From NCBI GenBank assembly GCA_028534125.1, contig CM052816.1:54004001-54068000 (forward strand): a stretch of DNA of 64,000 nucleotides. Direction: 5' to 3'. The notes beneath the pieces are model-generated. The model saw nothing but the letters and a program-made list of their open reading frames with translations. It had not been told where the DNA came from and did no database searches. This stretch comes from Lama glama. Taxonomy: Eukaryota. This document shows positions 1-11,829 of the stretch, in pieces. Within the stretch, counting starts at the first letter, position 1. Each line of letters begins with the position of its first letter. Made by a program: the position numbers and the translations under genes.

Positions 1-1029
1 ACCTGGCTCATTCCCTGTTCTTAACAATCAGTCTTACTGATGTGTCTACAAACACAAAAATGTCCTTTGGCTCCTCATGTTTAGCATCACTAGTATAGAG
101 ATCTACCAGATCTATCTGTGTTCGGACTACTCCAATCTTGAACAAGTGATATTCTAATACTTACTATATTTCCCAATTTTATGAAAAGGCTCATGTCAAC
201 AGTTTGAATATTTTAAATCTGGTCTACTGCCTTTTCAGTTCTGTGCCTATTCATAGCTGAGTTGCACCTTACTAATCTGTGCAGTTGTATTTACATGAAT
301 GTAATGCTATTTTGCATTGAATTATAAGGTGGCCTCATAACATTTATGAAGTCAGTGTCACTTAATGTCAATAGTGACAGGTGTATGGTATATGCCACCA
401 GATTTGGCCCATGATAAAGAAGTTCTGTTACTGGCAATTGTGGCATGGTGGTAGAGATGTGGGGGCAGTGAGAGTGACCAGGGTGATAGTAGCAATTCAG
501 AGGGGTTTTTTAATTAATTGAAGTCCCTTTATTTATTCATTATTCTTTAGCTCCTTGTTACATAATCTACAACATCCAGAATAAGCCATCATGAGTAAAG
601 ATATATCCATGATTCTAGGCATCCACTTGTGGCCCTATGCTTCTAAGCGTTCTTACAGAGTCAGAGGTTAGGAAGATCAGATCATCTGTCTATGTGGTGT
701 GACTGAGACAGGGCACAGCTATTTTTCATGGTGGTCTATCCACTCTACAGAAGGACCAGGTTTGACTCAGGTGACTGAAATTAGCAATTATACATTCATG
801 ACCATGCCTATCTATAAATTGGTATCTCTGTTCCAAGGTATGGTATTGGAGGTTCCAAGGAACACAGAAGGAGAGATAGTCCTTGATTCTCCAGGAACTT
901 ACCAACAGTACTAAGCAGTATAGGGTGAGCTTCCAATGGACGCGATGGGTTTAAAAGAGGGAAAATTTAGAATGGGTAGCAAAAGCTGCACTGGGACTTT
1001 TTTTTTTTTTTTGGCATTTTGTCTGTATC

Positions 1030-1650
1030 TCAGTCATAGCATTTATTACACAGCATAGTTATTTGCCTACTACATGGTGGTCTTTTCCATTAGGGTATGG
1101 TCCATTCATCTTTGTCTCCTCAGCAATTTTCACAGTGCTTGGCACCTTCAATAAATGTTTAATGAATGAAGAAACGAATTTAGAGAGAAGTAGGGATTAG
1201 ATCCCTACTAATCCCTACTCCTCTATGATCTAGAAAATAGGAAAGTAAAGTAGGAGAGTTTTCCTGGTAAAGGAACGTGAGGTTGGAATATACAGTGGGT
1301 GTTCTGAAACAGATCTCGCCGGACAGGTTCGGTGGGTGAGGAGGGGGAGGTAAGTTTGGACGTGGAGGCTAGAACCAGATTGTGGAAAGACTTGAAAACC
1401 GGTTTACAGAGTTTGAACTTTATCTTCTAAGGTGAGCTGTTGGCATATTTAGTGTAGGGGAGGGATTTGACAAAAGTAGGGCATTAGGAAGATTAACTTG
1501 TCAGCTACAAGTGAAGTGGTTGGAGAAGAGACTAAAGCCAAAGAGGATAGTTAGGAGGCTACTGCAATGGTCCACATGAGAAATGCTGATGTTCTGGATG
1601 GAATGATTGGTGGTAGGAAAGTAGAGGAAGAAACAGATGCAATGAAGGAA
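1030..1650. mobile_element. L2 LINE fragments (decayed, opposite orientations)
   Basis: L2 3' end motif 'cacagtgcttggcac..tcaataaatgtttaatgaatgaa', then a purine-rich antisense L2 body ('gttaggaggctactgcaatggtcca'). Confidence 0.65.
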
Positions 1651-1729
1651 AACATATAAGAATAATGTATTAAAATAAAAATTCCAGAAAACATTCTATG
1701 GATATATTAGATTAGGAGTTTTTGTTATC

Positions 1730-1870
1730 TCACCATTCCCAGCAGCTTTTATAGTATGAATACTTGTTCTGAGCATACATTTGACTGTAAATTAGAGAGA
1801 TGTTTAGGGGAGCTAGTAAATGAATGATTTGACCCAGTGTGTTCAGGGAAAGGGACCAAGAGCCAGGTTC
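1730..1870 (-). mobile_element. MIR SINE fragment
   Basis: Degenerate MIR core ('gttatctca...taaatgaatgatttgacccagtg'). Confidence 0.45.
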
Positions 1871-4239
1871 CCATGGTGGGACTGCTGTCACTTTGCTCCC
1901 TTCAGTCTCTCCTCCTCTGCCTGAGAGCGAGCCTACAGACTGCAGAGAATTTGACTTCCTCAGGGGAACCAAGGGCTACACTTGATCATGAGGTGGGGCC
2001 TGAACATGGGAAGATGGTCATTTCCCGCAGCCTCACAAACCATCAGAATCCTCTTCTCTACAGATTTAATTAGACCCAATGCTTGGAAAATGATTTTACT
2101 TAGTCCTGAATTATGTAGAGTGATGGCAACGAGTTATTTCCTGGGTAGAGTTGGGAAGGAAACTGATCTGAAGGAAACTGAGCAGTTGTCTTTTCTTCAA
2201 TCCCAATTTTCATAAACATTTATACTGTGTAGGTTCAGGTCATGTGGACAACAGAATGACTAAGATTCTTTACCATAACTGTTATGAGGAAGCTTTTGAA
2301 GTGGGGATACTATCATTTTCATAATAAGTACAACAAAACACTTCTGTAGACATACCCACACAGAGGGAAAGATTTAGTAAGTAATATGTAACACTGAAAT
2401 CTTAATACTTCTACAGAGATCTTTGATCAATTTTCTCTTTTAAAATAAACCCACAAAATACAAAAATTAATACTGTGGCTTGGACCTAAGCTTGAAGTAG
2501 ATTATGCATCTTCAGTTTGATATTGTTTTGTGTTCCTTATTCACCTCAGTGATCAGAGGTGGCCTTAAATTTCAGCACTGAAGTGGTGCTTCATGACCTC
2601 TTGAACAGGTTAAATAAATTGTATCTATAATCCCTAAATTTAATATGATGTGTTGTTAAATGAGGAAGAGAATGAACCATTATCCTTTGTATTTGAAGAT
2701 GACTCCACTCATGGTGATTGCTGATCATGTGTGCAAGCTACCAGGAGACGTGAATGACCTGCTCCTTTCTACACTGTAATCGAAAGCTGTCTGGGCTCAT
2801 TTTCAACCCCGCCTGCAGGATCCTTCTTTACATCTTAGCTTAATAACAGTGTCACAGCAATACTATTACTGCTACTGATGATGATGGTGGTGGTGGTGGT
2901 AGTGATAATGGTGATGCCATCAACAATAATACAATAGCAGGAGACTTAATAACCAATGTAATCAATTTAATCAATAGTCTTGTTGATCTTTTATCAAAAC
3001 CCTGTGAGATGGGAAAGGATCTCATTCCCCTATTTTCTGATCACTGGACACCAATGTCATCTATTTCCAAGAATATTTAAAATTGAAAAATGCATATTTA
3101 ATTTCTCTTAAATATTAGTAGAATAATATCTTTGAATTGTTTAAATTCAGTCTTAAGTAGCTAACTGGTTTGTTTCTATCCCCAAATGATACCTTTCTTT
3201 TCTTTGGTCTTTCATGAAAATCCAAACCAAAGACACGGCTTCCATTTTCCTATTCGTTTTTTTAATATGGATTTTTAATGGCAATTTTATTCCAAACCCT
3301 GCACAAACATAAATACTGCATTAAAGGAAGATGAATTTATTTTGACCTTTACTGAAAATGCACTGTGAAACAAAGCACTTAAGCATTTATAGCCTGTTAG
3401 ACACTCACATTACCCACTTCTATGTAGATAAGAAAGTCCTTCCCAGCCAAAGTAATGTTCGCAAGTAGAGCAGTTTTACAGAGCACTTAACTGCAAAGCC
3501 AGATATCATGTTCTTCACTATGAGTCTGCTTTGGTCGGTTTTATGCATCTAAGATGTATAGAAATTAAGGGAGTATCTAAAACATTACATTCAAGAAACA
3601 TAGAGAATGACATTTTAAGGGTTTTGATGAAAATACAGGACACTTGCAACAAAATGCTTGGGGAAAACCATTATTTATTACAAAGGAGATGAGTGCACAG
3701 TGGTTTTGTTTTGTTTCTCTTTTAAAACTGTCTCATACCTCCCTCTTGCAAAGGAATTGGTGGCATTGTTTTAATTTCTGGTTTCAATTCTATTTATAAT
3801 TGCTAACATACCCTGTCCCCTCAACATAAAACACCCTCTATTTGCATAAACAGTAATGAGTATTTTTGTGCATTTTGTTTTTGACTTGATCTTTTTCCTT
3901 TAGTCATAAGCCTCTGACTGCAGAGCTATTTCCTCCTTCCAGATTCTTGTGTCAGAGAGTTGAGATGTTAAACCACAGCAACCATGAAACTTTAAAATCC
4001 CTGATGCATGATGAATGGGTGCTGGGCAAAGCAGCTTAAAATCTATGCTTTTGCTTCTCTTTAAACACTTTAAATTGACAGCGCCATAGATCAAACATTT
4101 TTACTGAGAGGAGAAGCTTTGGCAATTTAACTTAAACAAGTGCACAGTTACCATCATCTCAAGACCTCACCCCTCCACAATTACCCCTTCCACCTGGTGG
4201 ATAGGGTACATTTCTCATTCAGAGCAAGTGTGTCTGTGT

Positions 4240-4560
4240 GTGCGCGCGCGCGCCCATGCAGCTGTACTACAGAGCAGCCGCTTGTAACCTGGCTGCTGTA
4301 ACACCAAACGCAACTTCCCCCACCGACCCCCATCCCACCCATCGCACCCATTCCAGCCATCCCACACCCCGGGGCGAGCCGGGGACTTCCACCCGCTGTC
4401 CGGGCCTGCTGCGGAGCATGCGCTGTGGTCGCGCCTCCGCCCACCGCCACCATAGCCTGCCCCCAACTCGTCTCTCCTCTTCCTCCTCCTCCTCTTCTCC
4501 CTCCCCACCCCCTCCTGGAGCAGCGGAGTTGGCGCGCTGCCCATTCAGGCGTTCAGCGTC
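4240..4560. promoter_or_regulatory. Orphan CpG island
   Basis: CpG-rich tract beginning (GT)n(GC)n, with no recognisable coding exon. Confidence 0.7.
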
Positions 4561-4589
4561 AGCTCCTCAGGGATCAGCAGGCAAAGTCA

Positions 4590-5030
4590 CAGTCTGCACA
4601 AACAGAGCTTTCAAATTCATAAAATTCATAGGATTTTTCACAAATGAATGAACACAATTTTCTACCAATTTCCTCATTATGCAAATATGCAAAATATCAA
4701 ATTTAGGCCAATTAGGGTCCTCCACAGTCCCAAATTCACCCGTTTAAGCCATAATTGCAGAAACTATCAAATAATTACGGTCGCTAATTGGAAATATTTG
4801 TGACAGATACAACAAATTCTTGCACAAATTACATTTCATTCGAGGAACCACTGCGCGCCACTGAAATTTTATCGAAGTCTAATTTAACTTACATAATGAG
4901 TTGAATTGAGTACTTGTTATCAAATTTGAGCAATTCATAGCCCCGTAATGTGGAATGATCAAATAAATTAAAAGGGAATTTATTCAATATTTTGTTGTGA
5001 TCCTTTTCTCGGAACCATTGCTATTTTGTA
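4590..5030. promoter_or_regulatory. Candidate highly conserved enhancer, an AT-rich core between two CpG islands
   Basis: Octamer ATGCAAAT at 4679-4686 followed by ATGCAAAA, many TAAT/AATTA cores, and CpGs retained despite AT-richness. Confidence 0.65.
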
Positions 5031-5039
5031 GGGAATTTC

Positions 5040-6070
5040 CTCCTCCCGCGGCCCGAGACCGGTGCTTGGTGTCACGCAAGCCCCGGCTGTGCCCGCCGCG
5101 CGGCGGCGGCGGCGGCGGCGCGAGGAGGCAGCGGGTGACCGACAGGGAGCCGGGAGCTGGAGCCTCCTTGCTGCGGGCAGCAAGGCGAAAAGCCGACCCG
5201 CGTTCAGCTCCGCAAGCGCGGAGCCGTCGGAGGCCGGCTCGGCCCGGCTGCTTTGTTTTATTTAATTGGGTGGAGGGGTCAGTGAATACTTCCGGGTGAA
5301 GTGAGGGGAGTTCTAGAAATCATCCGATTTCAGGGAGTGTAAACACGTGGGGGCACACACTCCTGCCACTTGCGCATCCTACACACATGGCACACGCACA
5401 TCGCACCAGGACACATACTACACCCAGCACACACGCACCCATCTACACCATACACGCACACGCCACATGCACTTGGTCGTACGGGCACACGCCACGTATA
5501 GGCTCACACATTCTCTCTTACACACACAGCACACTGACACGCTCCTACATACTCGCACGCGCACACACGGGGCCGCCCGCACGCCGCGCAGGCTTGAGCC
5601 AGACGCGCACAGCCCGGGTGGCTGCAAAGCCTAGCCCTGCTGGGGGAGAGCAGAAGCGCGCTCCCTCGAAGGGCCTCATGCGGGCCAGTCTGCAACGGGT
5701 TAACTGATAGCTGGGGTCCCGCGACAGCGGTGTGTGTACAGTGTCTCACGGGCGGGCGGGCAGACAGACAGACACACCGGGTAGAGGAACCCACACTGTC
5801 TCTCCCTGGCCTTTGCGTGTGTCCTCTGGAGGGGTAAAACAGGGGTAATTCAATGTCTCTTTAACTGAGAGTCTCCCTGACACACGAATCCACTCAGCCC
5901 TAATGCGCGCGTGCCTTGCGCGTGGGCACAGACACACGCATCGCCGGAATTACCCTCTCCCGAAGGTCAGCTCGCGGACAGGGCATTCGTTTTCCCTTTT
6001 CACAGTCCCGCACACACATACACTAGCACATTTTTTTCCAACTGCCTTGTGGCCTCGTTGGCGGATTATA
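5040..6070. promoter_or_regulatory. Orphan CpG island containing (CGG)6 and a degenerate CA-rich tract
   Basis: High CpG density, (CGG)6 at 5101-5118, and CACACG/CGCAC-rich low-complexity sequence at about 5345-5610. Confidence 0.75.
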
Positions 6071-9000
6071 AATGTCTCCTTCTCCCTGTGATTTGTTTAA
6101 TCCGTGGAAATGGTGCTGGTCCTATGTAAACAAGCCAAGTGCGGAATGAAGGCAGTCACCCATGCGTGGCCAGCCTGCCTATTTGTCAGAAAACCTTCAT
6201 AAATACTGAGCCGGGGCTGGGCAAGGATGTGATGTCTCCATTTTTGCCAGGAAAGGGCACGAGGAAGACAAAGCGAGGCAAGGCAGCGTGTAACCTTTAA
6301 GGGACAGATAGTCTGGGAGCCCCGAGGCCGGGGAAGCTCCCGGGCTAATTCAGCGCTGGAGGATGACTGATGTGAGGCTGGCCACCGGCCTGGCGTCTGC
6401 TGCACGGGAGCAGATAGGGCCTGGGCATTTTTATACCTCGGAGCACGCAGATATGCGCCGCATCTTCTCAGGCTGCTCCCGTGAGGCGGAGGCCTTACTG
6501 CTGGGCTGGAGTTGCCCCTTGAAGAGGGAATCCCAGGAACCGGCCTATCTCCAAGCATAACCACCTCTCCTTGTAAACCTTTCTGAATATTACATTTACA
6601 ACTTCACCCGGATTCATTCAAAATTCACAGATTCTGATCTTTGGCCCCCAAACCCATCCTTTTTTTAAAAAAAAGAACAATGCATATGTGGCTAATTACA
6701 TACTCCTAACAAAAGCAGTAATTACTGCCTGTAATTATCATGGTCCTTATTTAGAAAGAATGTGAGAAAATGTCGAGTATTAAAACATGAAAGCAGCTAT
6801 TAATCAAACCTTTACACCTTCTTTAACTCAGGCGTAATGGTGGGTATTATCATAAATCTACTCTGATAGTAACACAAGAATAATGAGTTCAGTAATGATA
6901 GCGATGATGATCATAATGATTTTAACCAACAAAGAATGGTGTAGATTTATTGCTAATAATGTGGTACAGGAACCTCTTTCATTAAAATTACCTATGTGTG
7001 TTCTCCTCGCTGGGGTAACCTCTGTGTGTGTGTGTGTGCGCGCGTGTATGTGTGTTTCCACCTTTCCTTGTGGCTAAAGACCAAAGCTGATTGCTTACTG
7101 GATGAGATATCCTTCTGGAAAGCCTTTATCTGCATCCCTGTCTGGCCTCAGAGTTCTCCCTTCTCCTTAGAAGCATCTAGAACATCCAGAAACATGTTAA
7201 CTGTGTAGTACCCACTCCAGAGAGATAGCTAGGATGGTTCAAGATGGATGTGGAAGGCCCAGGGCCTGGAAAGAACAGATTTTCTGAGGCAGGCCTCCTC
7301 CTTTTCCATCCTGCCCAGCTCCTCACCCCTGCACCGTCCCCAGCAAAGATCACTACTGGGGAGTGAAGGATGGCCTTCTGCAAGGGCAGGCCCTCTAGGA
7401 CACAATCTCCTCAGTATAGGGGTGTTTGGTTTGGCGCTTTGCTTTGACACAATGGAAATGGGAGGGAGATGGGGATTCTTGAGACTCTAGCAGCTTTAAA
7501 ACTTGACTTGCCTTCCAAAGTTAAGCAAAGCCCTCAGTATAACCTGGGGCCTGGGCTGTTGGGGCCACAGAGATTGTGAAGGAAAGGCGGGCTTGGAGAC
7601 CCATTGTCTCTCAGAAGGGTGAATGCCTTAGGGACCAGCCAGCTGGAAAATACAATAAACAGAGGGAATGTTCAGGTCACCTGACTGTGTCCTTGTTTTT
7701 TAATGAAATTAACTTGACATTTGTCCTTTGCAAATGTTCTAAAAATTCTCAATGGAGATCCATGTTTTAATGTAAACTATAATATTAAACATATCATTGA
7801 AAAAAAAAACCTTCACTTTTTGGATATATTGCTCTACTTTAGTGAGGGAAAAGCCTCAGGAGTTCAAACTCCAAAACATAATTTTGGCCCTCAATTTTCA
7901 GCCCTAAGCTAACTCTCCAAAGCAAATCATAAACTTTATGAAGGCTGTTAAGAAGGCTCTGAAAATTTGAACTCCCAGAGACCAGTCAGAAAACATAACT
8001 ACCCTTCCTGAAGTCCCTGACCAGAAAAAAAGTAAATGTAGCTATGCTCAAAATCTGTAGACATACTTCGTAGTTTTCTTATGCTAATCTGATTATATTT
8101 TCTGGTGCCAACCTTTCCAATTAACTGTAAAATTCTGACAGTTATGGAATATGGATTGCAGTGGTAACGTAATTAGAACTTATACATAATAAATAATACA
8201 TCTGTAGTATTTTAACCTCCACTACCAGTTATGAGATCAGTGTGTGGGCCAATTAACTACAGGGGCTTTTTTAAAATTAAGGCACTATAAACACACTGGT
8301 TCTAAATGTTCTAATTAGTAACTTGCTCATTAATTAACTTTCTGATTAATTGTGTAGCAATCTAATTTGTAGATGAGCCACTTAAAGACTGATACCTTGT
8401 AATTCTTTCTTCTGTCTTTAAAATTCCCCCATAAAATGTGATTTTGTATCCAGCTGGCCTCTTAGTTGTGGAAATTCTTTGCTTAATAGATGCTATGCCT
8501 TTGGACTAAAATTAAATATCACTTAATCCTCCCTTATCCGTAGTGGACAGGTTGGCTGGAGGCAGTGGGGTGTGCGGGGGTGTCTGGCCAGGGCAGAGTA
8601 CTGCAAATCAGAAGAGGAAGTGAATGAGGGCCAAATTTACTCCACACACTTGAGCCTGAAAATACTTCCCCCTTTCTGATATGGAAGAGAGAAAGCATTT
8701 ATGCATGACTTTCATCAAAACCAACTCTCAAACCCAAAAACCACTTTAGGGGAAAAGAAATAATTTTTAAAGAAAACTTACTGTGGCCTCCACACCCCTA
8801 TCATGGATTAGCCCAGGGAATAATTTAATGCAGTGGACAAAGGGCTAATGGCCGATTTCAATAAAGGCCGCCTTGCACTGGAACATCCTGGGGCTGTTCT
8901 ATTAGCATCAGAAAGGGCTCGGGGTCCTCCTTCCACCAGAGCTATTGTTGCCCGGGTGTGTCGCCAGTCCCATCCTGCAGAAAGCCTTTAGCCCTGATGG

Positions 9001-10099
9001 CAGATGATTCTCTAAGTGAATAGAGATGAAGGCAGGGATATTAAGTGACTCTATAAAACATCCCGGACACAATTGTGTGATTGATGGAGGACAAAGTGGG
9101 AACAGCAGGACACAGGATCCTGGGAGAAGCAGCCTTGTCAATGCGAGAAACCCATCTCTGGAAACAGCTTCTCCTGGAGGAGTTTGCAGTCTATTTGTAT
9201 GAGTAATCAGCTGGGCCCCCTCTCTGTCAGCCCTGTTTACTCACTGATTTTCTCAACAAGACAACCATTGACACTGGATGGATGGGGCTAATCTGGCGCA
9301 GAACTGGCGGCTTCGCAGAGGCTACAGGTCGAAAATAGAGCGCGGTGCCAGCTTCACCTCGCCTAATCTAGCGGCTAATATTTATTAGAGCCAATTTATA
9401 CCGCTGCTCTCTGAAAGAGCAAGGAAGGCCTGGGTGCAATTAATAACATGGGCAATAACCACAGACAAACAAATAAATAAGGGTTTGTGAACTGTTTGGT
9501 TGGTTTTAAGGGAGGATGGGAAGGGAAAGTGTTGGGTTTGCCACCTGGAACTGGAAGGAGAGGAAGTAAAGGTAGCTGGGAAGCCCCTGATGAGGGGCTT
9601 TCTCCTTGTCCCCCTCATCCAGTCTCAGAACAACCCGGCTGGCTGCAAGATGGCTTTGGAACCTACACAAATGCATGTAATTCCACTTGCATCTAACAGA
9701 ATCTGTACAAAGGCACCTGCCCTATCAGGCACAGGTGCGTGCACACACTCCTGTTGTAAATATCCAGTTTATGCTCATCCCCACCCGAGGTGGAAGGAAC
9801 CACAAACCGCTCCCTTTGCACCGCACTCAGCAGGCAAGCCCTGCAGCCATGGAGAACAGTGGCTGGTGGCTGACTAGGAGCTAGGAGCTGGGGAGTTGGG
9901 GGAGTGGAGAGAATGCGTATATGGTCCTAGGCAGAGAGACTAGGGTCTTAGAGGCTTCAAACCCCTCCCTGTAAAATCGATGTCCTAGTACCTGAGGCCT
10001 CTTTGTAGACATGCTACCAATTGCTGAGTTTGCTGCGTTCGGATGTGTAACATGATTTTGTCGGACGAAACTGGAGAGAAACAGAAGGACAAAGTGTGT

Positions 10100-10520
10100 G
10101 TGCGATCCAGAGCGCGTCTTGGGTATGGAGTCCGGGTAGGTATCGAGTCTCCGATAGGCGCACATTGCAAAGGGTTGGTAGGAAGCGCATTGTTCATCAC
10201 TGTGCTCGGTTGCAGCGGAGGCTGCTGCACAAGTGGTGACCTCGCCGCCGCCGCCGAGGCCTGCAAACCGCAGGCTGCGAGAAAAGGAGCCCTTTGCCCT
10301 CTCGCCCTAGTCTCCCCACTCGCCCTCCCCGACCCCCTCCGGGCCAGCGGGCGCCCGCGCCTTGCTAATTGGTCGGCTCCCTTCATGCACACACCTCCAC
10401 TAATTTTACATTTCTCATTCTGCGGGTAGCTGGAAAGCGGCTCAGGGAATACGGTTCCTTCTCTTAGCTACCGCATGAATACAGTGAGTGGTGTCCGTCC
10501 AGGCCTCCCTGGTCGGGGGG
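10100..10520. promoter_or_regulatory. Small CpG-rich island
   Basis: Clustered CpGs, a (GCC)4 run and CTAATT cores on its right side. Confidence 0.55.
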
Positions 10521-11829
10521 TTTGGTAAATTAGCAGCTTGGCTATATAATCAGGCATTCGCCATTGAGGCCACAGTGCTGTATCCGTGAACCAGGTGAGA
10601 CTTCATCATCTAATGGGTTGGGAGGTGTGACCGAGCTGCTAAGTTAGCAATTAAATTTCACAAATATCATTCGATTGCATTTTTTTTCACAAGCCAGAGT
10701 CAGGTTACCCCAGGCATTAAAGGAAAAAAAAATTCCTTCCAAAAGATACGCACTAAAGAAAATGCTTTCTTTTATGACACATGTGAAATCACATGGTATC
10801 AAAACACGCTATTTTAATTCTATTATCCTATAAAACACAGCCCTTGTAGTTGTGGTTCTAAGTGTGTAGTAAAGAAAGGGAGTGTTTCTGATCAGCCAGT
10901 TCCTCCAAAGGCAGAGAAGGACTATGTGTAAAATACATCATATTAGATAGTATCTAATCTAGGACAGGAAAATCTGGGAAATAATAGAGATTTGCCCCTT
11001 TGGGCCTATTGTTTAGATTTATTATTGTATTAAGCGTTGGAATCAAAGAGAAAAGGGCAAACACTCAGGTAAAACGTTATTTCAAGCCTGTAACCCAGTG
11101 GGCAGGAGCCAGCCCCCTGGTGTCTTTGAGGCCGAAAGTCCTGTACCTCCACCTTGATGTTAGGGTGCAGCCATATAATTGGGGCTGTTTCCTGAAATTC
11201 TGGTGTGCTGTATTGGGAGATCTTAGATTTTCGTCCCCTAAACAAGAAAGCTCTCCCTTGATAGTGAGTTTCCTGTGTCTGTAGGTATATGGGATAAATA
11301 TGTGGTATCTATAATAGAGAGTAAGACAGAGAGCAAGACCTAGTAGATAGAATTTTCTAAGTGTTAAATTTCTAAATGGAAACATAACAGAAAATATTAT
11401 TAGCTTTATCTGCCGACACCAGGGACGCAGTTTAAAGTATTTTTCATTTAATTTGATAGTGAATAAAGCACTTAAGGCACTTGATGATTTATTGATCAAA
11501 TAGAAATCAGGCGCCAGACAACAGCTCCTTATTTAGTCCCCACTCACACGATTAAAAGCCAAGTGAACTTTTTTTTCTTTTTACAATTTGCTCAATACGC
11601 TTTATGTTATATAAAGAATAAAAAGAAAACCATTCTTCCGACCTATAAATCTCTCCTTTGGCTAATATGAATGACTACGGGGCACGTGAACCTCCATTGA
11701 ACTGTAAACACTGTTTTAATGGACAGTAATGGCCCTATGATTTTTAGCTATTGTTCCAAAATGACTACCATGTTTATTGCCGTCATTAAAAATGAATTAA
11801 AGAGTTATGAAACTCCTCAATAATGAGAA

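Noticed and set aside
4181..6564. Cluster of Arg/Ala- and His/Thr-rich ORFs
   Set aside because: They derive from CGG and CA-rich low-complexity DNA; there is no homeodomain or other protein motif, so this is not OTP coding sequence.
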